The position numbers and the translations under genes were made by a program. Shown one piece after another: positions 39,948 to 50,637 of a stretch of 64,000 nucleotides of DNA. The notes beneath the pieces were generated by a model. It made no database searches. It worked only from the letters and a program-made list of their open reading frames with translations, and was not told where the DNA came from. Numbering within the stretch: position 1 is the stretch's first letter; the number at the start of each line of letters is the position of its first letter. The DNA comes from Lingula anatina (taxonomy: Eukaryota > Animalia > Brachiopoda): positions 225,721 to 289,720 of the forward strand of contig CM120648.1 of assembly GCA_051362555.1 (NCBI GenBank), in the 5' to 3' direction.

Positions 39948-41482
39948 ATTTTCTTGGGGCTCCTTTAATAATATGGACACTAATAACCCAATAATACACC
40001 ATGGATACTTTGGAGCTCGTCTAATTTTCTTTGTTTGGGGACTGTGACAATGTAAATAAAGGAATGGCATTTACCTATAACAATGTACCTACATTTGTTT
40101 ATTAGTTTATTGATATATCTTAATGATATTTAATATGAATGGAACCACAAATAGGGGATGTCTACATGTACGGCTTCTTTGGGATGGGGAAGAAAAAGAA
40201 ATGCTCCTGCACATTACGTGCAGCACATACATAATATTTATTCCAAACAATGGTTTCATTTGTTTTTATAACTGATAGAAATATAATATATACAAATGAT
40301 ATTTTAACGTATGTTTTAAATTAATTTTCATTTTTCATAATTTTATTTTTAGTCTCTCATAGATCTATCCATAACTGCGTTAACATCCCCAAGGACAAAA
40401 AGAAAATTATACATAATAAGTTATATTTTGAATATTAGGCTTAACATGTGTAATACTATATCGTTTCTTCTCATTGGGGCACCAGTTTTGTTCCAGTAGA
40501 CATCAATTTGCTGACATTTACCTGTTGGGACACAGTGTGTAGCTATTGGTACTCAAACTTCAATTCTATTTTTGTTACGATTGCCTTGGTACCTTTCACA
40601 CACAGTCATACAGGATAAAGGGATGTTTCTGGTCAGACATTGCAGTTCTTGACACGACATATAGCTGCAGGTGACGATTCGTTTTATTTCAAGTTATATC
40701 GCACCACTAGATTTCATGAAGAGAAATATACATTTATCTTACATATACTCTTACATTAGGACCGACGATAAAGACATAGGAGATATTTGAAACAGGATCG
40801 CCCTCCTCATTCAGTAAACATAGTGTTCTGATACTTTATTAAGGACGTATACTCTATCCAGATAACACAGAGCAAGAAAGTAAAGTAGGGTTTCTGAAAC
40901 TCATATTATTGCATATTTTGTTCTTGATTATAAAAAATTACGTGGACGATGAGCAGTATGTTGGTTATTATACCCTGTAGTTATGTTCCCAAAAATGATG
41001 CCAAAACATTAACTGCATCTCTAGAAATATTTCTCTACACAAAGGAAAGACTGTGCTGCACCCAGCATAATTGAAGTCATAATCACTTCATAGGCCACAA
41101 ATTAAAGTTACTCTAGTTGCAAGGTAGTTAATCCATATCAACACAGAGTATAGTTGAAGAGGACCGCAATTTTTGGTTACGTCTCGGCTGGAGACGAGTA
41201 CGTGCCCAGCATTCCCAACAAACCTACATAAGTGTATTATCTGAATTAACTGTAAGTAATCTGACATAAAGTGAGGTGATACGCGGTCAGGACTCCATTT
41301 CAAGGTCAACATCATTATGCTTTCACACGTCAAAAATAGATACCTCTTACCTTAGACAGATTGACAATAAACATTATAGACATTACATAAAATACCCGCA
41401 GTGTTTGCTGTTATATTAAGGCAATGTAATACTTATCTCACCTTACCTGTATCACAGAAAAATGCAATTACTTTGTACATCA

Positions 41483-41563
41483 ATGGCGGGGTCGCAAGAC
41501 TTTTCTCCTCGAGTGTTGAATCGACGATTTACCCAGAAAGCGATAAAATTTAAAAAAAAAAAG
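41483..41563 (+). pseudogene. Decayed orphan first exon (duplicate of 32333)
   Basis: MAGSQDFSPRVLNRRFTQKAIKFKKKK followed by ATAAGA, with no GT donor. Confidence 0.7.
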
Positions 41564-42002
41564 ATAAGAATAATTATTAACTTGGATAAGTTTCCCAGTG
41601 ACGTAAGTTCGCGGATAGTTTGTCGTTTCTTTCCTTTAATACCAAGAATATAAAAACTTCGCAGGCCAAACATCACAGCCTTATAAATACAGGTCCCAAT
41701 CGCGGTTTTCATAACAATGGTAATCAAAATAACTCGGTTCATGCCTTCAAATGCGTAGGGCAACAAATTAAAGAGAAACATTCTAAAAGTGAAGAAACAA
41801 GCCTCGACTGTCCTTTGATTGGAGGACGTGACCAACATATTTAACGTACCTACATATTGCTGGCGGCATAAAGTGAATGACAATTCTGATACTTAAGATA
41901 CATTATGAAATATGAGTCGATTGTCAACCGTAATTTATGAGTAAGGTAGTTCTTGTCTCACCTCATTCGTGCAGTATCACACAGGGGATTACAGATACAG
42001 CA

Positions 42003-43125
42003 ATGGCGGGGGTTGCGAGAATTCTCTCCAAGTATTTTCCAAAAGGAATGAGATATCGAAGTTTTACCCAGAAAGCGGTTAATTTGAAAAAGGTAAGTAC
42101 AGCAGAGAGCGTGTTCACACAAAGTAGAACTATAAGACAATCAACTACTATCACAGTTATGAAAGGATGTGCTTTCTTTAATTCTTGTGCTTCTGCTGTC
42201 GATTCAGGATAATTAATTAATTATAAATCGTAATGAGATCATGTTTATATAATCCGTGTTTTTCAGACTCCGCAGGACTATCCGGCTTTAACTGGATCAG
42301 AACATTGGCGACGCAAAATCCGTACTTTGTTCAGAGCAAGAGATATAGACGGCGATGGATATCTCACCAAAAAAGATTATGAAATGAATGTTCATCGTGT
42401 CTCCAGTTATATGAACCTTAATGGTAAGAACACTTTGAATTAATATGTTATTTGTGAGAATGATTGAATATAATTTTAATGCTGAAAGATGCACGCTGTG
42501 CAATGCCTAATGTGAACATAAGATAGTTATGGTTGTTGGATTGTTTTAATTTGAGGTATATATATATCATGGAAAGAATTAAGACAGTTGATATGTTGGA
42601 AATGGGCTGCCTTTGAGCACCTATAATCATTGAATGTTCAAAGGTATATATAAAATGATACTGGAAAAAATGAGGGGTTTCAAAGGGTGTCACCGATAAC
42701 CGTATTGTGTTCTTGCTGTTTCAGAAAACCAGGCAAAAGATTTAATGAAATGGAAAATGTTCGTGTGGGAAACACTTTCTAGAAGCACAGAAGCTTCAGC
42801 TGACTTCCGCTTGCCTGAAGACGACTTCGTGTCCAACATGCTTGCTGCCTACCCTATCATAGTAGAGACGATCGTGGATGTCGCCAGTTGTGACTTCGAC
42901 ACCGTAGATGTTGATGGCGACGGCTTCATCTCCCCACAGGAACACAAGGCGTGTTTCTACGGGTTTGGGATCCCTCTCAAGCACTCCACGGATGTATTCA
43001 AAGTTCTGGACACCGACAGCGATGGTAAGATAAGCAGAGAAGATTTTGTTCAAGGTTTTGTGGACTTCTTTTTAAGTGAAGATGAAAACAGTCCACATGC
43101 TTGTTTCTTCGGGCCACTTATATGA
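42003..43125 (+). CDS. SCP/luciferin-binding-protein-like EF-hand protein 6 (215 aa), paralog of gene 3
   Basis: Exons 42003-42092, 42267-42423 and 42725-43125. Leader MAGVARILSKYFPKGMRYRSFTQKAVNLKK, EF1 DIDGDGYLTKKD, EF3 DVDGDGFISPQE, EF4 DTDSDGKISRED, ends FFGPLI. Confidence 0.93.
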
Positions 43126-44482
43126 TAGAAGGAAAAGAAGCAGGGAAGCCATTACCTTTGTTTCTTTGGAACATTTGCTTAACAGTTTAATTTGATAATC
43201 TTATATTGGTAACGCGTATACATTTGTGATAATATTTTGTTTCATTTAATTACAGTATGGGTTCTGATAATCTTTTAAATGTAACGTGCAGGCTCTTAGC
43301 CATCAATTTCAACAAAATAAATAAATAAATAAAATATAAAAATAAATAAATAAAATAAAAAGTTTTTTCTGTGGGGGTCTTTTTCTGGAAAAGTGATATT
43401 ATTTTCGAATTAATTTGCTTGGAAATTATAAAATTGTATAAGATAATATAATCTGCCTATTACTAAACTGTCCATCTGTTGGCATATTGAATATAGTAAA
43501 AAAGGGAAATTTAGCACTTACTGTAACCTTGGGCAGGTCACAATATACACAGAATATGGACATTTACGGGTGCAGCTGCCTTCGCTTGACGCCCAAACCT
43601 TTACTGGGCACTTCTCAGAGTTATGAGGGATGGTTACTTTTTACACCACGAAAAACTTTCATAGTAACTTTAACATAGTCATTTTATCTTCTCAAAATTC
43701 CCTTTAAATGTGAATTTACTCTGTAATTCAATGGCTGAATAAACTCTTGTCTTATCTCATCTTAAAGCAGTCGGTTTGTCACATTCATTATGTGCTTTAA
43801 TATGTGTATTTACTTCCATACAGCATCGCATTTGCTTTTCTACGCGCACCAAGAAGCCAAAACAACATCAGCACTCCCAGATCGTTCTATTAGATTCTAA
43901 ACAAAAGTTCAATTTTACAGGGGCACGGTGTCCTTGACAACAAACTGTAAGCACGTGCAATCAAAATCATTGCGATAAAGGAACGCACATTCCAGATTTA
44001 TTTCTTACAAGTTCCAAACATACTAAACTGCCACTCTGTCATTATCAGAAGTTTATCAAACGTCGCTGATTGCCCGTCTGGCTAAAATATACAGTATACT
44101 TATTTTATGTAAAAAATACACATCAGGTGAACATGATTACCTTAGTGTTTCTTTCCTATAATAGCACGAATATGATGACTTTAAAGTTTAAACATCAAAT
44201 GCTTATATAAACAAGAGGACCGATTAGCGAGTAACATAACACTGGTAAAATGACACCAGTATCGTAAGATTAAAAAGAAACATTCTAGCAGTGAAGTAAC
44301 AAGCTTCGAATGTCTTTTGATTGAAGAACGTGACCAACATATCAAACGTACCCGCATATTGTAAGAGCTATGCACTGATTGACAATAATGTTACTTAAAT
44401 TACAGGTGAGCAAAATGATTCCAATGTTAGTTCTGGTCTCACCTCATTCGTGGAGTCTCACACAGAGGTCTACAGATAATTA

Positions 44483-46030
44483 ATGGCGGGGTTTGCAAGG
44501 ATTCTAACCAAGTATTTTCCAAAAGGAATGTGGTATCGAAATTTTACTCAGAAAACGGTTAGTTTGAAGAGGGTAAGTGTAAATGTAGATGTCTAACATG
44601 TTTATATGAAGTAAAGTCTGTGGCAGACTGCACGAGTAACCTTTTTGCAACCTGTTAGCAACCTCAGCCGCAAGGAGGTTGCCACCCCACTGTAGGTTTA
44701 AAAGTGGTCGTTGATACATGAAGGCCATTTTTGTGCACCGATAACCAGTGCCACTGAAGATAAATATCGGTATTTCAAAAAGGGAAGAGCACATAATATA
44801 GCGACGTAACAACATATTACTCCCTCTAGTGTCACAAACTGTGCGAACTAGGATATAGCATGAGGGGAAAAATCAAATACAAAGACATTTGTCCACGGCA
44901 GTTTCTCCCTTTGATTTGTTCTAACCAAAATATATCGAAATCTAAAGACGTTGTTAAATATCGAATGTCGTTCCGTGGGGCTTTGTAATATCTATGGAAA
45001 AGTATGCTTATGGTAACGGAGATGAATGACATTTAACTCAATTTATAAAATAATAAACCTCGCTATTTTCATACCTCAATCGTTTGCACCCACGTGATAA
45101 CTGTTATCTATATCTTATACACAGACATTAACCAAATACCATCAAATTCGACAGTCAGTGAACATTGTAACGCTCATTGATATTGTATAAAGAAAACACT
45201 TACAGGTAAAGACAAGTACAGTGGTAACTGTACGACTTCACGTAGAGATCATACTGTATACAATCCGTTTATTTTAGAACCCATGGGACTACCCGGCTAT
45301 AAAAGGATCGGAGCATTGGAGACGGAAAATCCTCACTGTATTCAGAGCAAAAGATACAGACGGTGATGGATATCTCACTAAAAAAGATTATGAACTGAGT
45401 GTTCATCGAGTCTCCAGTTACATGAACCTAAATGGTAACTTGATGTCTTAAGTTTTTAACATTTGACATATGTCACAAAAATAAGGAGGGGTTTTCCTCC
45501 ACAGTCCTTTCCTGTGAGTAACTCTAATTGACCATTCTAACTTTATAAAGTAATGCCTAAAATAAATAACGGCGATGTTTAAAATATGTAACTAAATAGG
45601 CCGGTATGTGCTTTCTGCTGTTTCAGAGAAACAGACGAGTGAATTACTGAAGAGGAAAATGTATTCTTGGGAAAAAGCCTCTGGAGGTTCAAAAAATTCG
45701 CCTGATTTTCGGTTATCTGAAGACGAATACGTGTGCAACGTGCTTGTTCACTACCCTGTAGTATCGAGGACCATCGTTGATATCGCTTGTTGTGATTTTG
45801 ACTCTATAGATATTGACGGTGACGGATTTATTTCGCCACAAGAGCACAAGGCCTTCTTTTACGGGTGGGGAATCCCTGTAAAGCACTCGGCGGATGTCTT
45901 CAAAGTTCTAGACACCGACGGCGATGGCAAGATAAGCAGAGAGGAGTTCGTGGAAGGTTTTGTAGAATATTTTTTTAGTGAAGACGAAAACAGTCCATAC
46001 ACTTGTTTCTTTGGACCACTTGTATCATAA
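44483..46030 (+). CDS. SCP/luciferin-binding-protein-like EF-hand protein 7 (216 aa), paralog of gene 5
   Basis: Exons 44483-44572, 45278-45434 and 45627-46030. Leader MAGFARILTKYFPKGMWYRNFTQKTVSLKR, EF1 DTDGDGYLTKKD, EF3 DIDGDGFISPQE, EF4 DTDGDGKISREE, ends FFGPLVS. Confidence 0.92.
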
Positions 46031-49000
46031 AGAAAATCAATATTTTCCAATATATGTCCAAATACAGCTCATTTTATGTTATTGGGTTTCCTTTAAATAT
46101 ACGCAATATTTAATCAAAAATACGGACATGCGTGGTCATTTTATTTTGTGATGAGAAAACATTAATTGTAGCTGTAGTTAAGTTTATCTGTACATATCCC
46201 CTTTATAGAAAAATATAAATGTGTATGCTGCATCAAAGATATAAAACTGAAGCCAGCTTTACTTTATTCTCCAGATATTAAAGTTTTGGTAATCATAAGT
46301 ACTCCTTGTAACAATCTGTAATGCAGTCGTAATTGTAGCTGCTGTTATGATAGTCTTAAATGTTGCAATCAATATTTCAATTATTTGTATTTTAGTATTG
46401 TTCATTAGTTTTTGTCTAGTATTGGTGTACATACAATAACCACCTCTCACGCCCGGTATTTTGGCGCCCCTGTCTACGTGCCTGCATTGTAAATTGTCGC
46501 TCTCTTTGACAACGCTAGACGATTCAATAACAATTTTGACCTTAAAGAAAATCAGTGTAAGATTTTTTTATTTTTGACTCATAATGGAATGATGCTTTTA
46601 CAGCCAATTTATAGAATCGAAACGAAACTTTATTTACAAATAATATATTAACGTACTTTATTTTGAGTCTCTCATAGTTCTATTCAAAATTGCGTTATTA
46701 TTATGTTTCATTAAGTATCTATTCTTATATGTATATGGGTGAGAGTTTAACGTCGTAATACATACAACTGTGTTGAACACAGCAATCTGACAACCTCGGA
46801 TAGGCGTTTGTAATCAGATCTTTCAGTGTCTAGAACATAACGGTTTACCTGTACCAGGCCAACTATGTCAAACTCATGACGCTAAGAGCGCTTCACATTT
46901 ATCATAACAAAGGGCCCAATTGGCTTCAGGTTTACAGACAGACTGTATTTTTGGCTGTTGATTATGTTAGCAAGAATAAATAATGCTCTTCTATAATGTT
47001 CGGTGTACAGTTTCAGTTAGGTACACCCGACCAGAATATAAACGCAAAGACCCAACTATAAGTCAAGCGTTAATTCACAAACACTGATCAGAACCAGTCT
47101 CGTTATTTTTAACTTGCTTTGTCGGCGTCTCAAATGTCGCAAGGTGCTAAAAGTTATCGCCATAATCAAATACAGCTAGTGTAACTAAGATGGTGGCGGT
47201 GTTTCAAAATTGTAAGAAAATATTTTAGCATTTATTGAATAAAGTATTCAAACATCCAACGGAGTGCATTTGTGGATCCAGATCCGTTCTTATGAAATTG
47301 GAGGGACGGTAACGTGACCATAAGCAGGGCAACCCAGAGAAACGGACCGAACGAATGCACGCACCATGCATGCTTTATAGTGTTTGTAGAGAGCATCTTG
47401 AAGTGAAAAATTACATTACAAAGACAAGGATAGGTCAGGGCAAGCTAAAGTCATTGGAAAGTTATAATTCAGTTATGAGCCATACAGGGTCTTACGGCTT
47501 GTCTTGAATAGGTACCATTTCAACAAGCGATCCAACTTGACAGTGGCGCCATCGTCGTGTCTTTTAAGATTGTTGAAATAACAATACCAAGCACTGCAAA
47601 ATGACTTAACAGGTCAAATGCCGTCTGTTTATGACCCTTAGGCCGATTCACTATATAAATACACGTATAAATAAACTCGGGAACTTTGCATGTTCATGCA
47701 ATACATTTTACCTCTACCAACACAATATATGACACTACAGGTACAGGGGTTGCAATAAGGTATCCAATTGATATGTCCAATATATCCAATTTTAATTAAA
47801 ATACGTCTCTGATCAATGTATATTTGTTGCGATACCACGTGTATTATGGTTTGAACCTTCTTCATCTCAAAACGCCGTCATAATAAACGCTAGGCAAACT
47901 GTTTTAGAACTTACATGCCAGCAATAATGTTAAACAATCTTTCACCAGCTGTGTCCAAGACACAGAGGAATTTTTATTACTAATGCTTTTACGTGAGGCC
48001 ATATTTTACTTATACCAACGAGTGCAATTTCCGTAGACTTGCAGACAAACGTGGAACGACGTATAAACCACCCAGCGTGTCTCCAGACAGACTGATTACG
48101 ATACCTTGCTGTATGAGTGAAATTCATGATGGGAACCCCACACGAACAAAAAACAACATTTAAACAATTCCGGAATCGCGGGCAGTTAAGCTGATCACCA
48201 AATATCAGTCCTAGTATTTCTGGCCGAAATAATTTATGACATCCCTTCATATTTAAATTATTCATTTTGCTGACTGCAACTTCGCCACCCTCACTGATTA
48301 TTTAAAAAAAAACTTGCATTGAGACACGTGTCACCTCCGGGTTAGGAAACAGTGTTGCAGACTTACAGAAAAAATGTCAAGCAAGCAAAAAATACAAACA
48401 TTACACATATGTACACATTTTGTTACCGATAGACCATGGGCTTCTTCGGGATGTCCAAGGTTGTCTTTTCCAGCCACAAACATCTGCATGACGTCAGTTT
48501 CTTGTACGTGTCCAAATTACATAAACATGTACAAACGAGTCTAGTTTACCTAATTAGTACAATCGAGTCCAGTTTACATAACAAAGCTGTTTAGTTATAC
48601 GAACATATAACTAAGGGGTTGTACTCTTTCGAATAGTAATTTTGCAAATGAATCATTCCTCAGCCAATGCATAACCAAGAGAAGAGGTAGGCAAAAAGAA
48701 ATTTTATTCTCTCCAAGTCCCTAACTGTATTCCTTTGAGGAAGGTGAGGCAGCTGCTTCCCTGAAGCAACTGCACTGTTTTCAACACCTATAATATTTTA
48801 CTGTAAAAATACGGTAGCACATTACTTTGCTCTCATATGGAAGCAAATACATCTTTCGCACACTCACATCTCTCTCTCTCTCTATAAACAAGGCAAAGGA
48901 AAAAATGTTAAATACTATTAGAAACATGTTAAGTCTTTTCTCTATTTTCCAGTCATGTAAGTAAAAACTTGAATACTATACGGTTTTAGCTGGGGTATAT

Positions 49001-49250
49001 GGACATCATATATCTTGGCCCAAATGTACAGTAGGAAAAATGTTTTGTTTTGTTTTTAAAATATAATATATCCATATGGTACCCATAGCCCTATTTTCCA
49101 TAAGCGCAGGCGGGGTCGGGATGGGGGGTGGAGGGGGGGAGGTTAGCTCCCTTCGTTCAACCGCTTAATCTTGAGTGCTGAAGGTAAGGGTAACCATTCC
49201 CTCCTTTTAGTGGTAACCCCCTCCCTGAATTTTGAGTGTCTACGGACTTA

Positions 49251-50637
49251 CACACACTGGACAAAAGAAGTGTCACCCCCTAACTCAGAGTAATAAAAGT
49301 AGGCAGATCTTGGGTACTTATAATGCTTGGTCTACTTATAATGTGACTAATGAGTATAAAACTGCTATACCATGGAATTGTATTGTTGGTCTTGTGCATG
49401 TACAGCAAATGTTATGCCTGTCTTCCTCCAATATGACAAGATACAGGCAATTATCTAACGGTTATAGGTGCAAGTTATTAACATGAAGAGGCGGAATATA
49501 AGCAATGTCAGAATAGCGATACAATTGAATTGTTCAGTCAGAACCGTGCAGAGGGTCTGGTCTTGGTATAGAAACACTGGATCAAGAGACAAATTGCCTC
49601 TGATGGGTCGTCCAAGAAAAAATACTGGCCGTGAAGACCGACGACTGATTTTGATGTCCAGGTTGTGAAAGTTCGACACTGCTTGTCAGTTGACAACACA
49701 GTGGAACAATTTCACACATAAGAATGTGCCTGTGAAAATTGCTAGGCGTCGGTTACATGCTCAGAGAGTGTACAGCAGGGTAGCAAGACTGAAACCTCTT
49801 ATATCGTTGCAAAACAGGCAACGTAGAGTAAACTAGGGTCAACAGGATCTGGAAATGGACAGATCATGACAATTGGTCCTATATATTTATTCTGATGAGT
49901 GTCGCTTTGGTCTGACCTCTGATGACAGACGGGTACTATGCTGGCAAACTGCTGGTAAAGCATTTGAACCACATGCACTGAATTTTCGAACCCGGAGCAG
50001 CATATTCATCATGGTGTGGGGCTGCATCAGCATCCGTGGCTTGGGCGCATTGATAGTGGTTAATGGAAACATGAATCACTAGAAATATATCGATATTTTG
50101 GAGTCAGGCTTGCTACCATCTAATACTAACATGTTTGGTGACAGGAATTATCCATTTGTTCACCAGGATGACAATGCTCCTTGTCACAGGCCCAGAGCAG
50201 TTGATGATTGGTTTGACCAACAGGACATTCGCAGGGTGATGTGGCCTGCCCAGAGTCCGGGTGCAAACATAATAGAAAATGTGTGGAATGATATGTCAAA
50301 ACTTTTGACAAATGCCCGTCTAACCAGCAGAGAAACTCTGTTATATTCAGTGTTCCATGCTTGGGCCAGCATAAGCCCTGAACGCATCAAACAATTATAT
50401 GAAACCTTGCTTCGTAGACTGGCACCTATTATTAAGTCACGTGGCTATGCCACTAAGTACTAATTTTGGACTTGAAACTGCATATTTTGGTAGAATGTAT
50501 ATTTTGTTCTCATTTTGTGATTTTTTTGTGAAATTTGATGTTAATAAAATGATACCAGGAGCATATCATTCCACAGTCATTTATCTCCCCCATAGTATTG
50601 GCTCGGTAGGGGTGACACTTCTTTTGTCCAGTGTGTG
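49251..50637 (+). mobile_element. Tc1/mariner DNA transposon (DD34E), defective, copy 2
   Basis: Same TIRs, with clean TA target duplications at 49249-49250 and 50638-50639. 1387 bp and highly similar to copy 1. Same transposase motifs, with stops. Confidence 0.95.

Larger units (their letters stand above)
31227..46695 (+). repeat. Head-to-tail segmental duplication (unit 1 ~31227-40380, unit 2 ~40381-46695)
   Basis: Colinear intergenic, intron and exon homology: genes 3 and 5 match genes 6 and 7. Sequence left of 40381 matches ~46645-46695, and sequence right of it matches 31227 onward. Confidence 0.85.

Noticed and set aside
25986-46030. Calling the EF-hand genes true aequorin-type photoproteins
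   Set aside because: They lack the His after W-x-x-R in helix A, the C-terminal His/Trp/Tyr set and the terminal Pro that I recall for hydrozoan photoproteins. SCP/CBP-like is the supportable call.
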